Shown here: positions 38,513 to 49,475 of the stretch, one piece after another
Layout of the letters: the number at the start of each line of letters is the position of its first letter
How positions within the stretch are numbered: position 1 is the first letter of the stretch
From: an uncultured Acidimicrobiia bacterium
Lineage (GTDB): Bacteria; Acidobacteriota; Vicinamibacteria; Vicinamibacterales; SCN-69-37
NCBI GenBank assembly: GCA_966252305.1
Contig: CBINOO010000001.1
Coordinates: forward strand, 17,979 to 81,978
DNA: 64,000 bases
Direction: 5' to 3'
Position numbers and translations under genes: made by a program
Notes under the pieces: generated by a model
Databases searched by the model: none
What the model saw: the letters and a program-made list of their open reading frames with translations, nothing else
Told to the model about the DNA's origin: nothing

Positions 38513-39288
38513 CGCGCGAGCCACTCGAGTTCCGGCGTCGCGGTGCCCGCTCCGCCCACCAGATCGATGAAGCGTTCTTCGAGTGAGGCGAGGCCATTTG
38601 CGCCGGCGCGCAGTTCGGACATCGGTCCCTGAGCCACAAGCGAGCCGCGGGCAATCACGGCGATGTGATCGCACAGGCGCTCGACGATCTCCAGGATGTG
38701 CGACGTCAGGAACACGGTGCCTCCGCCACGCACGAACTGGGTGAGCAGATCCTTGATTTGCCTGGACGCCACGGCGTCGATCCCTTCAAACGGCTCGTCA
38801 AGGAACAGCAGTCGTGGCGCCGGCAGCAGCGCTGCGGCCAGCGCCAGTTTCTTGCGCATGCCGTGCGAGTAGTCGGTCACGAGATCGCCGGCCGCGCCGG
38901 TCAGCGACATGAGGGTCAACAGCTCCTCGGAACGCGCGCGGATGTTGGCCGCGTCGAGGCCGTGCACCTGCCCGACAAAAGACAACGTCTCAGCCCCGGT
39001 CAGCCGGTCGAACAGGGCCAGGTCTTCAGGCACCACACCGACGCGCCGCTTCACCTCGACCGGATGGGTGCGTGGATCGACACCGAGGATCCGATAGTCG
39101 CCAGACGTCGGCTCCATGAGACCGGTCAGGCACTTGATCGTGGTCGACTTGCCGGCGCCATTGGGACCAAGAAAGCCAAAGAAGCTGCCGCGTGGCACCA
39201 CAAGGTCGATGCCGTTCACGGCTCGCAGGTCACCAAAGGCCTTGGTCAGCCCCTTTGTCTCCAGGGCCAGTTCGGAATCGGTCATCAC
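38509..39288 (-). CDS. ABC transporter ATP-binding protein
   Basis: GPNGAGKS, YSHGM, LFLDEP, SH switch. Confidence 0.93.
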   Translation of the reverse strand: MMTDSELALETKGLTKAFGDLRAVNGIDLVVPRGSFFGFLGPNGAGKSTTIKCLTGLMEPTSGDYRILGVDPRTHPVEVKRRVGVVPEDLALFDRLTGAETLSFVGQVHGLDAANIRARSEELLTLMSLTGAAGDLVTDYSHGMRKKLALAAALLPAPRLLFLDEPFEGIDAVASRQIKDLLTQFVRGGGTVFLTSHILEIVERLCDHIAVIARGSLVAQGPMSELRAGANGLASLEERFIDLVGGAGTATPELEWLAR

Positions 39289-39671
39289 TTGTCCTCATGG
39301 CGCATCTCGCGACGCGCCCAGAAACGTACTCCCAGCGCGAACGCGGCATACATTGCGATCACCCAGTGTCGCAAACCGGGATCAATGCTGGTGGGCAGCC
39401 ACCCTGTCATCATGCCGACGGCCATCACGCCCGCAGTGGCGAGACTTGCCGACTGCGCCATCCACGGCCCGGCCGGCTGCCGCTGCGTGACGAACCAACC
39501 CGCGGCCACCGCCGTCGCGCCGGCGAGCATCCGCGCCACGATGAGCGCAACGTCCTGGATGTCGCGCGTCGCCAACGACGAGAGCAGACTGGACATCCGC
39601 ATCGCGGCCCACAGGCCGTCGACCAACAGGGCCGCACCGATGATTCGCCGCCACACGGCGCCTCCCGTCAT
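39285..39671 (-). CDS. Small membrane protein
   Basis: Four hydrophobic segments; stop overlaps ATPase start; GGAG SD. Confidence 0.6.
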   Translation of the reverse strand: MTGGAVWRRIIGAALLVDGLWAAMRMSSLLSSLATRDIQDVALIVARMLAGATAVAAGWFVTQRQPAGPWMAQSASLATAGVMAVGMMTGWLPTSIDPGLRHWVIAMYAAFALGVRFWARREMRHEDK

Positions 39672-39690
39672 CTGGTCTCCGTGCGTTAGT

Positions 39691-41844
39691 ATGACTCCAC
39701 GGATGGTCTCCGCCCTCCTCAAGGACCGGATCGTCGCTCTTGCGGTCCTGCTGTGGACCGCCTCGCTGTTCATTTATGCCCTGCCCGGCGTACCTGAGGC
39801 GTGGCGCGAAGCGTTCGGCAGCCGGTATTTCTCGTTTCCCGTTCTGATTCCCATCATCCTGGCGTGCTGGGTGAATCTCGGCCGCATTCCCGATGCCATC
39901 GAGCGGCGGTTCTGGACCATCCTCGGCGTCGGGTTTGCCGGGTGGCTCGTCGTGGCCGTGCCGTACGCGTTTGTGCCTGACTCAGCGTGGTCATCCGCAC
40001 TCGACCTCGCGATGGAGTCCGGCTACCTGCTCTTCTACCTGTCATTCATCCTGGCGGTTGAGCTCCGTCCGCACGAGGCCCACTCCGGGTCGCTCGCTGA
40101 ACGCGAGCGGCAGCTTCGTACCGCGGGCGTCACCGTCCTGATCTTCTTCGTCATGTGGTACTTCGCGTTGGTCCCGGCCGCATATGCGCCCACGGCCTAC
40201 GCAACGTCGCTGCCGTCGCTGGCAATGTACGTGATTCTGGACGTCGTGCTCGTTGGCCGGTTGCTCTGGATGCGACGGGAAACCTGGTCGGTACGCTGGA
40301 GCCTGCTCTACGCGTGGCTGGCCGCCGGCGCGGCATTATTGCTCGTCGGCGACGTGGTCGAAACCGCCTCGTATCGGATGGGCCACGACGAATGGATGAG
40401 ACCCGGCTCCTGGGTCGATCAACTCTGGCTGCTTCCAGGTGTCGTGTTCACCACGGGTATCCGCTTCAGGCATCTTCCGATGCCCGCCGAACAATCCGTG
40501 CTCAATGAGACCGCGCCGAGCCAGCGTTCACTGCGCGCAGGACACGTACTGCTGATCGGGGCCATGGCGCTGCCGTTTCTGCATTACGCGCTGCATGCGG
40601 CCGGCGTCCTCGAAGCCAACTCCGGTCAACCGATTCGGGAAGTCATTGCCATGCTCAGCATGGTGACGCTCAGCGGCTTCGCCGTGGCGGCCTATCGCAC
40701 ACTCGACCGCGAACGCGAGGCCATGGAAGCCAACGAGCTCCGCCTGGTGAACGAACTCAGTGTCGCCCGCAAGATGGACGCCGTGGCGCGCCTGGCCGGT
40801 TCCGTGGCTCACGACTTCAACAACCTCACGCAGGTCGTGCGCGGACGCGCCGAAATCATCGCCCAGCAAATCAGCGTTGACAGTCCGTTACACGAGGACG
40901 TGCGGCAGATTCGCGCGGCGGCGGCACGCGCGGCCGACCTTGCGTCCCAATTGATGACGTTCGGAAGGCAACAGCAGGCGTCCCTGCAATCGGTCAGCCT
41001 GCACGACGTGCTGCGCAGGACCGAAAAGCTGCTCAAGCCGCTGCTCGACGATCGACGCCGACTGGTGCTGCACTTGAAGGCGTCGGCCGACGTCGTTCGC
41101 GTCGACGCGTTGCAGTTCGAGCGCATCATCCTCAACCTGGCCACCAACGCGCGTGACGCGATGCCCAACGGCGGCACGATTACCATCGCGACGTTCAGTC
41201 AGGACAGCGGCGGCTTCGGGCTGCTGCCGTCCGCCAACCGGATCGTCCTGCGCGTCAGCGACACGGGATCGGGCATGGATCCCGAGACGATCAACCACAT
41301 CTTCGAGCCGTTTTTCACGACGAAACAGGAACGCGGCGCCGGACTCGGCCTGGCCATTGTCCACGGCCTGGTCCAGCAGTTTGGCGGCACGATCACGGTG
41401 GAGAGCGTGCTGGGTCGAGGCACGACCTTCACGATCACGCTTCCGGTGGTGTCGGACACCCCCGTCGCATCACCCGCCGACGAGCCGGCCGTCGAAAAGG
41501 AAACCACCCCGAGCGCCGTGCTCATCGTCGAGGGCGACACCACCAATCGCCAGCTGCTGCGACGCCTGCTGTCGGATCTCGACCGACCCGTGCTGGCGAC
41601 CGCGACCGCGGCGGAGGCCATGTTGATCTCGAGTCGATACACGGGCCCGATTGCCCTCGCCGTCATCGACGTGACGATTGAAAACGGCCGGTCACTGGCC
41701 AGGCGCCTGCGCGAACATCGCGCGGACCTCAAGGTGCTGCTGCTCGCGCAGGACCAGCCCATCGACATCGAAGATGGCGATCAGCTCCTGCGTGAGCCGT
41801 TTGAATTGACGGAGATCCTCGACCGGGCGCGAGAGCTGCTGTAG
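39691..41844 (+). CDS. Hybrid sensor histidine kinase with multi-TM input and atypical receiver
   Basis: About 9 TM helices; AHDFNNL, NARDAMP, DTGSGM, FEPFFTTK, GLGL; start at 39691 or 39703. Confidence 0.88.
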   Translation: MTPRMVSALLKDRIVALAVLLWTASLFIYALPGVPEAWREAFGSRYFSFPVLIPIILACWVNLGRIPDAIERRFWTILGVGFAGWLVVAVPYAFVPDSAWSSALDLAMESGYLLFYLSFILAVELRPHEAHSGSLAERERQLRTAGVTVLIFFVMWYFALVPAAYAPTAYATSLPSLAMYVILDVVLVGRLLWMRRETWSVRWSLLYAWLAAGAALLLVGDVVETASYRMGHDEWMRPGSWVDQLWLLPGVVFTTGIRFRHLPMPAEQSVLNETAPSQRSLRAGHVLLIGAMALPFLHYALHAAGVLEANSGQPIREVIAMLSMVTLSGFAVAAYRTLDREREAMEANELRLVNELSVARKMDAVARLAGSVAHDFNNLTQVVRGRAEIIAQQISVDSPLHEDVRQIRAAAARAADLASQLMTFGRQQQASLQSVSLHDVLRRTEKLLKPLLDDRRRLVLHLKASADVVRVDALQFERIILNLATNARDAMPNGGTITIATFSQDSGGFGLLPSANRIVLRVSDTGSGMDPETINHIFEPFFTTKQERGAGLGLAIVHGLVQQFGGTITVESVLGRGTTFTITLPVVSDTPVASPADEPAVEKETTPSAVLIVEGDTTNRQLLRRLLSDLDRPVLATATAAEAMLISSRYTGPIALAVIDVTIENGRSLARRLREHRADLKVLLLAQDQPIDIEDGDQLLREPFELTEILDRARELL

Positions 41845-41847
41845 CCG

Positions 41848-43770
41848 CTACAGGTCGAGCTCTTCGGCGGCCTCGGCGTGCTCCATGATGAAGCGGAAAC
41901 GCGCCGAGGGGTCTTTCCCCATGAGCTCGTTGATGATGCGATCGGTCACGAGCTGATCCTCGATCCCGACGCGAAGCAACCGCCGCGTCCGCGGGTTCAT
42001 CGTCGTTTCCCAGAGCACCTTCGGCATCATCTCGCCCAGCCCCTTGAAGCGTGTGATGTCGGGTTTGCCGCGTCCGCCCATGCGCGAGAGGATCTGGTCG
42101 CGATGGCGATCGTCGGTCGCCCAGAACGTTTCCTTGCCGACGTCAATGCGATACAGCGGCGGCTGCGCAAGATACACCCGGCCGGCCTGAATGAGCTGCG
42201 GCATGTGCCGGAAGACGAACGTCAGCAGCAGCGTGGCGATGTGGTGGCCGTCGGAATCGGCGTCAGCCAGGATGATGACCTTGCCGTAGCGCAGGCGTGA
42301 AAGCTCGAAACCCTTGCCGATGCCGCATCCGAGCGCCGTCACCAGATCGGAGAGTTCGCGATTCTCGAGCACCTTCGCCGTGCTCGCGCTTTCGGCGTTG
42401 AGCACCTTTCCGCGCAGCGGAAGGATGGCCTGACGCGCGCGATCGCGTCCCTGCTTGGCAGAGCCGCCTGCGGAGTCGCCCTCGACAATGAAGATTTCGC
42501 TTTCATCACGGCCCGGGGACGTGCAGTCGGAGAGTTTGCCCGGCAGCGTCAGCCGTGTGGACGTCGCCGACTTGCGTGTGACTTCCGCCTGCGCGGCCCG
42601 GCTCGCCTCACGCGCGCGCGCCGCCAGAATGATGCGCGCGACGATCTGTTCGGCAGTGCTCCGGTTCTGATTGAGCCAGTGTTCCAGGGCCGGACGCGAC
42701 ATCGAATCAACGATGTTGGTGACCTCGGGGTTGTTCAACCGGTCCTTGGTCTGCCCCTGGAACTGCGGCTCGGTGATGAAGATGCTCAGCACGCCGACCA
42801 GACCCTCGCGGATGTCCTCGGCGGTCAGCGTCACGCCCTTCGGGGTGAGGTTGTGCGTGTCGATGAAGTTGCGGATGGCCTTGCCAAGCCCGGCGCGCAG
42901 GCCGTTTTCGTGTGTGCCACCGGAGCCCGTCGGAATGCCGTTGACGTAGCTGCGCAGATGCTCGTCTGTCGATTCGGTCCACTGCAACACGACGTCGAGC
43001 TTGAGGCCGGACTCCTCATGTTCCCGCGTCAACGCAAATGGCAGCTCGTGTACCGGCTTGGCCTTGCGGTCAGCAAGGATCTTGCGCAGGAACGCCGCGA
43101 TGCCGTCGGCGTGTTCAAACACCTGTCGCTTCGGTTCGTCGCCGGTTGCAGCCTCGTTCTCGAACGTGATCTTCAGCCCCTTGTGCAGGTAGCTGGCGAT
43201 TTCGATCCGGTCGCGAATGGTGGCCGCATCAAACTGTGTCTTCGGGAAGATGGTGGGATCCGGACGGAAAAACACCGTCGTGCCGGTGCCTCGTGCCGGT
43301 CCCAGCTTCTTGACGCCGCCTTGTGGCACACCCTGCTTGTAGCGCTGTTCCCATGTGGCAGCGTCTCGTTTCACCGTCGCCACGAGCTCGCGCGACAACG
43401 CGTTGACGACCGACGCGCCGACACCGTGCAGGCCGCCGGCCGTCTTGTAGTTCTGGCCCTCGAACTTGCCGCCTGCGTGCAGCGTGGTGAAGATCACCTC
43501 GAGCGCGCTCGTCTTCGTCGTCGGGTGTTTGTCGACGGGGATGCCGCGACCGTCATCGGTCACGGTAATCGACGACTGATCCTCGTGCAGCGTGACGGTG
43601 ACGTTTGAGGCGTAGCCGTTCATCGCCTCGTCGATCGAGTTGTCGAGGATTTCCCAGACCAGGTGGTGCAGCCCCGCCGCGCCCACGCCGCCGATGTACA
43701 TTCCAGGACGCCGGCGGACGGGCTCGAGGCCTTCGAGAACCGTGATGTCTTTCGCGGTATACGTCGGCAT
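41848..43770 (-). CDS. parE: Type IIA topoisomerase subunit B (topo IV ParE-like)
   Basis: RRRPGMYIG, EILDNSIDE, LHAGGKF, EGDSAGGS, PLRGK, DADSDG, RFKGLGEM. Confidence 0.85.
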   Translation of the reverse strand: MPTYTAKDITVLEGLEPVRRRPGMYIGGVGAAGLHHLVWEILDNSIDEAMNGYASNVTVTLHEDQSSITVTDDGRGIPVDKHPTTKTSALEVIFTTLHAGGKFEGQNYKTAGGLHGVGASVVNALSRELVATVKRDAATWEQRYKQGVPQGGVKKLGPARGTGTTVFFRPDPTIFPKTQFDAATIRDRIEIASYLHKGLKITFENEAATGDEPKRQVFEHADGIAAFLRKILADRKAKPVHELPFALTREHEESGLKLDVVLQWTESTDEHLRSYVNGIPTGSGGTHENGLRAGLGKAIRNFIDTHNLTPKGVTLTAEDIREGLVGVLSIFITEPQFQGQTKDRLNNPEVTNIVDSMSRPALEHWLNQNRSTAEQIVARIILAARAREASRAAQAEVTRKSATSTRLTLPGKLSDCTSPGRDESEIFIVEGDSAGGSAKQGRDRARQAILPLRGKVLNAESASTAKVLENRELSDLVTALGCGIGKGFELSRLRYGKVIILADADSDGHHIATLLLTFVFRHMPQLIQAGRVYLAQPPLYRIDVGKETFWATDDRHRDQILSRMGGRGKPDITRFKGLGEMMPKVLWETTMNPRTRRLLRVGIEDQLVTDRIINELMGKDPSARFRFIMEHAEAAEELDL

Positions 43771-43779
43771 GTCCGGCGA

Positions 43780-44190
43780 CTAAGGTACCACGCAGCTCTT
43801 CAGCTGGACGTGTGTGGCCAGGCCTTCGCAGAAACATCGAAGCGTGAGGCGCTGGCCGGGATTCAGCGACTTGATGATCGCCTCGGCGCGGTCTTCGTGC
43901 AGCGACACCTGCACCTGCGGATCACTTTCCCCCGCGTGCAGCTGGAATCGTCGCGTCTGGGCGATGTCTTCAGGAAGCACGCGCACGACACCGGACACCT
44001 CGATGGCCTCGCCGACAAACCTGCGTCGCGCAGCGTCGGCGTCGGTCACAAATGCCCTGACCAGATCGGCAGCAGACAGTTTCGCGACGGGCGCGGCCGT
44101 GAAGATGCGGTTGTCGTGTTCGGGCAGTGTCTGCGCGCAGGCGGCTGCGCACGCGACGACGAATGCCATGGCACCGGTGCGCATTGTCAC
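43780..44190 (-). CDS. OB-fold (tRNA_anti-like) putative lipoprotein
   Basis: Cys-ending signal; LSAADLVRAF..A.RRFVGEAIEVSGVV..GQRLTLRCFCEG. Confidence 0.65.
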   Translation of the reverse strand: MTMRTGAMAFVVACAAACAQTLPEHDNRIFTAAPVAKLSAADLVRAFVTDADAARRRFVGEAIEVSGVVRVLPEDIAQTRRFQLHAGESDPQVQVSLHEDRAEAIIKSLNPGQRLTLRCFCEGLATHVQLKSCVVP

Positions 44191-44193
44191 GGC

Positions 44194-44955
44194 CTAACGA
44201 CCACCGTCCTTGAGCAAACGCTGACGGACCTTCTCCACTTCCTGGTGGAAAAGATAGATCGCGTCCGCGGAGCCGGACGGGTCGGTGAAGTCGTACGACT
44301 TCCCTCCACGGATCTTCAACTTGAGGTTCTTCTGGAGGTAGTCAACGGTGAAGGTCTCGAGGTTCGTGAGAGCCACCGAAAAGGCGTGATCGCGATTGTC
44401 GGTCTCGTACCGAATCCCCTCAGGCGTGGCAATCAGGGTGCCCTTGCACGAACCGATGCCGTGTTTATGGGTCACCGCAACCTTCTTGTCGAGCCGGATG
44501 GTCTTCAGCGAGATCGTGACCGTTCGCGGCCCCGGCGTCACGTCGATGAATTCGGCGACGCTGTCGTAGCCGGGCGCCTGTACGTTGATCTTCCGCTGGC
44601 CCGGCTGAACGTCGTTGGCGACCGCGGGCGCCGTGCCGATGAACTTGTTGTCAACGAACACCTGCGCCCCGGCTACGTCGCTGTCGATCGTCAGTGTGGC
44701 CGTCGTTGGCGCGGCCGGCACGACCACTTCGGGCGTGGCCGGCGCCGGCGTGCGCGCTGGTGTGCGTTCAGGCGCCGGAGTGGGACGAGCGGGAGCATCC
44801 GGCGCAGTGGGCTCCGGAGTTGAGGCCGGCGTCGGGGTGGCGCCGACGACATCTTCGACCGGTGCCGCCGGGTCCGGCGTGAACAGCCCAAAGCCCCACG
44901 CCGCGGCTCCAGCCACGGCGATGAGCGCCACGAAGATGAGGGCCTGTCGGTTCAT
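44194..44955 (-). CDS. PEGA domain membrane-anchored protein
   Basis: TM anchor, Pro/Thr linker, LTIDSDVAGAQVFVDNKFIGTAP..GY. Confidence 0.82.
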   Translation of the reverse strand: MNRQALIFVALIAVAGAAAWGFGLFTPDPAAPVEDVVGATPTPASTPEPTAPDAPARPTPAPERTPARTPAPATPEVVVPAAPTTATLTIDSDVAGAQVFVDNKFIGTAPAVANDVQPGQRKINVQAPGYDSVAEFIDVTPGPRTVTISLKTIRLDKKVAVTHKHGIGSCKGTLIATPEGIRYETDNRDHAFSVALTNLETFTVDYLQKNLKLKIRGGKSYDFTDPSGSADAIYLFHQEVEKVRQRLLKDGGR

Positions 44956-46172
44956 CAGGACTCAATCAACAACGTGCCGGGGTCTTCGATCAGCTCCTTG
45001 ATCTTGACCAGGAAGCGGACCGCCTCGGCGCCGTCAACGATGCGATGGTCGTAGGTTAACGCGGTATACATCATCGGGCGCAAGACCACCTGCCCGTTGA
45101 CGCCGACCGGTCGCTCCTTGATGGCGTGCAGACCGAGGATGCCGACTTGCGGTGGATTCAAGATGGGCGTGCTCATCAGGGAACCGAACACGCCGCCGTT
45201 GGTGATCGTGAACGTGCCACCCTGCAGGTCGCTGAGTGTCAGCGTGTTCTCGCGCGCCTTGGTGGCAAAGTCGCGGATCGTCTGTTCAATCTCCGCAAAC
45301 GACATCCCATCTGCGTCACGCAGCACCGGCACGACCAGCCCTTCGGCCGCGCCGACCGCAATGCCGATGTCGAAGTACTGCTTGAGCACCATGTCGTCGC
45401 CATCGATCTCGGCATTCAGGCGTGGGAACTCGCGCAACGCGGCAATGGTGGCCTTGACGAAAAACGACGAGAACCCGAGCGAGACACCGTGGCGGTCCTT
45501 GAAGGCCTGCTTCTGACGGTCGCGCAGGGCCATCACGGCCGACATGTCGACTTCGTTGAACGTCGTCAACATCGCCGCGGTGGACTGCACCTCGACCAGC
45601 CGCCGCGCAATCGTCGCGCGTCGCTTCGACATCCGCTCCCGCACGTCCCTCCTGGTCTTCGGCACTTCGGCACCTCGGCCCTTCGGCACTTCGGCACTTC
45701 GGTCCTTCGGCACTTCGGCACTCCGGGACTTCGGCCCTTCGGCACTTCGCCTGACGTCGTCTCGCGTCACTCGAGGTCCGTCGCTCTTGACTGCGTCGAG
45801 CGCGACGTCGGCCTGCCGCGCCTCCCGTCTCGCCGACGGCGTCGCCGGCACCTCGGCACCGCGGGACTTCGGAACTTCGGCACTCCGGGACTTCGGCATC
45901 TCGGCACCTCGGGACTCCGGCACTTCGCCACCCCGGGACTCCGAAATCACCCCGAGCACGTCGCCGATCTTCACGTCGGCCCCTTCCGGGTGGGCGATCG
46001 ACTCGAGGACACCTGACTTCGAGGCGCTGACTTCGACGTCCACCTTGTCGGTCTCGAGTTCCACGAGCGCCTCGCCAACCGTCACCGCGTCACCCGCCTG
46101 TTTGAGCCAGCGGCGGACACGGGCATCAACGACGGACTCACCCATTTCGGGCACGACAATGTTCACGGACAT
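44955..46172 (-). CDS. sucB: 2-oxoglutarate dehydrogenase E2, dihydrolipoyl succinyltransferase
   Basis: Lipoyl ETDKV, E3-binding [21 protein letters not shown]. Confidence 0.95.
   Translation of the reverse strand: MSVNIVVPEMGESVVDARVRRWLKQAGDAVTVGEALVELETDKVDVEVSASKSGVLESIAHPEGADVKIGDVLGVISESRGGEVPESRGAEMPKSRSAEVPKSRGAEVPATPSARREARQADVALDAVKSDGPRVTRDDVRRSAEGPKSRSAEVPKDRSAEVPKGRGAEVPKTRRDVRERMSKRRATIARRLVEVQSTAAMLTTFNEVDMSAVMALRDRQKQAFKDRHGVSLGFSSFFVKATIAALREFPRLNAEIDGDDMVLKQYFDIGIAVGAAEGLVVPVLRDADGMSFAEIEQTIRDFATKARENTLTLSDLQGGTFTITNGGVFGSLMSTPILNPPQVGILGLHAIKERPVGVNGQVVLRPMMYTALTYDHRIVDGAEAVRFLVKIKELIEDPGTLLIES
45660..45747. repeat. In-frame octamer repeat block in SucB linker 2 (11 units plus partial)
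   Basis: cggcactt-type units encoding [30 protein letters not shown]. Confidence 0.9.
45846..45941. repeat. In-frame octamer repeat block in SucB linker 1 (12 units)
   Basis: Degenerate cggcactt units encoding [32 protein letters not shown]. Confidence 0.9.
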
Positions 46173-49006
46173 CAGCGCTTGCTCCCTTTGCGCACAGGTG
46201 TGCGGCGAGTGGCTGCAACACTCCAGACCTCGGACAGCAGCCGTTCCTGATTGTGCTGGTGACGCGCGGCCGAGCCTTCTGCGGGGCTCGAACTGCGCGG
46301 ACGGGCGATGACCTTCAGCTCACGAGCGTCGGCCATGGTCTCAAGACACGACCGCATGAACTCCCATGCGCCCATGTTCTCGGGTTCTTCCTGGACCCAG
46401 CAGATCTCGGTGGCGTTCGCATACCGCGCCAGCACGTCGCGCATCGCGGCGTCAGGCGCCGGATACAGCTGTTCGACGCGGCAGACCGCAACGTCGACGT
46501 GGTTGGCTCGTTCGGCATGCGTCAGCAGGTCGATCGCGACCTTGCCTGAACAGAACACCACACGGCGCACCTTCGATGCGGCGGCGTCATCAGTGCCCAG
46601 CTGCGGATCATCAATCACCGGCTGCCACCGACCCTCGGCCAGATCGGACGGGCGTGATGCCACCGACGCGTGCCGCAGCAGGCCCTTGGGCGTCAGCACA
46701 ATCAGCGGCAGCGGATCCTCGATCAGCAACGCGGCCTGACGACGGAGGACGTGGAAGTACTGCGCGGCCGTCGTGCAGTTGACGACGCGCATGTTGATGT
46801 CGGCGGCAAGCTGCAGGAATCGCTCAGGTCGGGCGCTAGCGTGATCCGGTCCCTGTCCCTCGTGTGCGTGCGGCAGCAGGAACACCATCGACGGTTCCTG
46901 TCCCCACTTGGCGCGCGCTGACAATACAAACTCGTCGAGCATCGTCTGGGCGCCATTGATGAAGTCGCCGTACTGCGCCTCCCAGATCACGAGGCGTTCA
47001 GGCGCCTGCACGTTGTAGCCGTATTCGAAGCCCACGGCAGCGTTTTCGCTGAGCGGACTGTTGTGGATCTCGAACGACGCGCGCGCCTGCGGCAGGTGCT
47101 GCAGCGGCACAAACGGGCGACCGTTCTCCGCGTCGACGAGCACGGCGTGGCGATGGCTGAAGGTGCCGCGGCCGACATCCTCTCCCGTCAGTCGGACGGG
47201 CGTGCCGTCTTCGAGGATCGAGGCCAGTGCGAGCTCTTCGGCCGTGGCCCAGTCGATCGTCGGCTCAGCGTCGGAGACAAACGCGTCACGACGCCGGTCG
47301 CGCAGGCGGGTCAGTTTGCGGTGGACCGTGAAACCGTCAGGCACCTGGAGCAGGCTGTTGTTCAGGTCGCGCAGCCGGTCCACCGGCACGGCGGTTTTTG
47401 TCTGGCTTGCCGTGCCTGGCGCGGCAATCTCCGGCGTCGGCTCGACGTAGTCCTTCTCGGTATCAAGGGCGTCGTATCGGGCCTGCAGCGTATCCATCTG
47501 CTGCTGGAGGCGCGTTGCGGCGTCTTCCGCAGTGATGACGCCCCGGCCCACGAGCGCCTGCGCCCAACGTTCGCGGACGGTCGGGTGCTGGTTGACCTGC
47601 CGGTACAGGACCGGCTGGGTGAACGCCGGCTCGTCGCCTTCGTTGTGGCCGTAGCGGCGATATCCGACAAGGTCAATCAACACATCGCGCTTGAACGTCT
47701 CGCGATACGCAAACGCCAGCCGGGCGACCGCGACACACGCCTCGGGGTCATCCGCGTTGACGTGGAAGATGGGGATCTTGAACCCGCGCGCCAGGCCACT
47801 TGCGTACAGCGTGCTGTACGAATCTTCCGGATTGGTCGTGAACCCGATCTGGTTGTTCGCGATGATGTGGATCGTGCCGCCGGTCGTGTATCCCTCGAGC
47901 CGGTGCAAGTTGAGCGTCTCTGCGACCACCCCCTGTCCGGGAAATGCGGCATCGCCGTGAATCAGAATTGGCAGGACGGCGTCGGGGTTGAACCTGGGTG
48001 CTCCTGGTTCGCTCGCCTCGGTGCCGGCGGCTCGCGCCATGCCCACGAGCACGGGATCGATCGCCTCGAGGTGACTCGGATTGGGCGGCATCGACACGAT
48101 GAGGTCGACTTCTTCGCCGCCATCGATGGCCCGTGATGCGCCGAGGTGGTACTTCACGTCGCCGGCCCAGCGCACGCCTTCGTTTTCCAGCGCGCTGCGC
48201 ACGGGGTCCTTGAACTCCGCCAGAATCTGTTCGTACGGCTTGCCCAGCACGTGCGCCATCACGTTGAGGCGGCCGCGATGCGCCATGGCGATGAAGGCCT
48301 GGCGCAAACCCGCCTCCGCGGCTTCGCTGATCACCTCATCGAGGATCGGCACCAGCGTGTCGAGTCCTTCAATTGAAAACCGCGTCTTGCCCGGGAATGT
48401 GCGGTGCAGGAACCGTTCAAACGCCTCGACCTCGGTCAGTCGTCCGAGCAAGGCGATCGGATCAATCGGATCGGCCGGCGCGCTGAAGCGGCCGGTCTCA
48501 ACGGCTTCACGCAACCAGCGGCGCTCTTCAGGCACGAAGATGTGCGCAATGTCGTACCCGATCGGCCCGCAATAGATCGCGCGCAACCGCGTCACCACAT
48601 CCCACATCGTCTCCAGGCCTTCGGCAATGCGGCCGTGGATAAGGGAGGCCGGCAGTGCGCGGAGGTCGGCCTCGGTGACACCGTGGGTCTCGGGCTCGAG
48701 GGCCGGGTCGCCGGCCGGAGTGCCGCCGAGCGGGTCGATGTGCGCGGCCAGGTGGCCGTATCGCCGGATCGACTGCGCCAGGTTCACCGCGCCGACGATC
48801 GTGTCGGGGTCGAAACCCGACACGTCTGTCGCGCCAGGCTCGACGGCCCGGGCCCGGCGAGCCTGTGCATCACGCGAGGGCTTCCACGTCTTGAAGAGCT
48901 CACGCGCGTCGGCGTCCACCGATTGCGGATCGCGACGCCACGCGTCGTACAGTTCGAGGACGTAGCCCTCGTTGAAACCCCGGAAATCTCTGTAATCAAA
49001 GGACAT
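46172..49006 (-). CDS. sucA: 2-oxoglutarate dehydrogenase E1
   Basis: [48 protein letters not shown]. Confidence 0.96.
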   Translation of the reverse strand: MSFDYRDFRGFNEGYVLELYDAWRRDPQSVDADARELFKTWKPSRDAQARRARAVEPGATDVSGFDPDTIVGAVNLAQSIRRYGHLAAHIDPLGGTPAGDPALEPETHGVTEADLRALPASLIHGRIAEGLETMWDVVTRLRAIYCGPIGYDIAHIFVPEERRWLREAVETGRFSAPADPIDPIALLGRLTEVEAFERFLHRTFPGKTRFSIEGLDTLVPILDEVISEAAEAGLRQAFIAMAHRGRLNVMAHVLGKPYEQILAEFKDPVRSALENEGVRWAGDVKYHLGASRAIDGGEEVDLIVSMPPNPSHLEAIDPVLVGMARAAGTEASEPGAPRFNPDAVLPILIHGDAAFPGQGVVAETLNLHRLEGYTTGGTIHIIANNQIGFTTNPEDSYSTLYASGLARGFKIPIFHVNADDPEACVAVARLAFAYRETFKRDVLIDLVGYRRYGHNEGDEPAFTQPVLYRQVNQHPTVRERWAQALVGRGVITAEDAATRLQQQMDTLQARYDALDTEKDYVEPTPEIAAPGTASQTKTAVPVDRLRDLNNSLLQVPDGFTVHRKLTRLRDRRRDAFVSDAEPTIDWATAEELALASILEDGTPVRLTGEDVGRGTFSHRHAVLVDAENGRPFVPLQHLPQARASFEIHNSPLSENAAVGFEYGYNVQAPERLVIWEAQYGDFINGAQTMLDEFVLSARAKWGQEPSMVFLLPHAHEGQGPDHASARPERFLQLAADINMRVVNCTTAAQYFHVLRRQAALLIEDPLPLIVLTPKGLLRHASVASRPSDLAEGRWQPVIDDPQLGTDDAAASKVRRVVFCSGKVAIDLLTHAERANHVDVAVCRVEQLYPAPDAAMRDVLARYANATEICWVQEEPENMGAWEFMRSCLETMADARELKVIARPRSSSPAEGSAARHQHNQERLLSEVWSVAATRRTPVRKGSKR

Positions 49007-49048
49007 AGAGGTCGAAACGCCAGCCAGGGGCGTGAACCTTCAATGGTA

Positions 49049-49453
49049 TCACCGGGTCAGCAGGCGCTCCCGAATCTCAGGCGGCGGAATCTGGCAGGCA
49101 TTCGACTGTCCGGCGATGCGATGGCGGATCGCCGCGACCACCCGATACGCCGCATCACGAATCGGGACGGGCACGGCCAGAAAGATACGCGCCCATGACC
49201 AAGGCCTCGTCAGTCGCGCTGCAATCCGCAGCGTTGCGGTCGACCGCAGATACACGCGGCCGTCCTCAATCAGGATGATGCTGCGCGTGGTCTCGCGCGT
49301 GAGGCCAAATGGTGCGAGCAGCGCTTCGGCCTCCGGAGTCTGCGAGGCGCCAAATCGGAAGTAGGCCTGCGGATCCCGGGTCGCGATGAACACCACCGCG
49401 CGTTCGCAGAACGCACACGTGCCGTCGAAGAGGACGATGCCGTGGGGTGTCAC
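49049..49453 (-). CDS. DCC (DUF393) thiol-disulfide oxidoreductase family
   Basis: LFDGTCAFC DxxCxxC motif; RDAAYRVVA; GTG start. Confidence 0.85.
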   Translation of the reverse strand: MTPHGIVLFDGTCAFCERAVVFIATRDPQAYFRFGASQTPEAEALLAPFGLTRETTRSIILIEDGRVYLRSTATLRIAARLTRPWSWARIFLAVPVPIRDAAYRVVAAIRHRIAGQSNACQIPPPEIRERLLTR

Positions 49454-49475
49454 AAGGCCAGTGTACGCTGTGCGC

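Noticed and set aside
38665-39690. N-terminal third of the 1059-aa kinase ORF
   Set aside because: Antisense to the ABC ATPase and membrane gene; the kinase begins near 39691-39703
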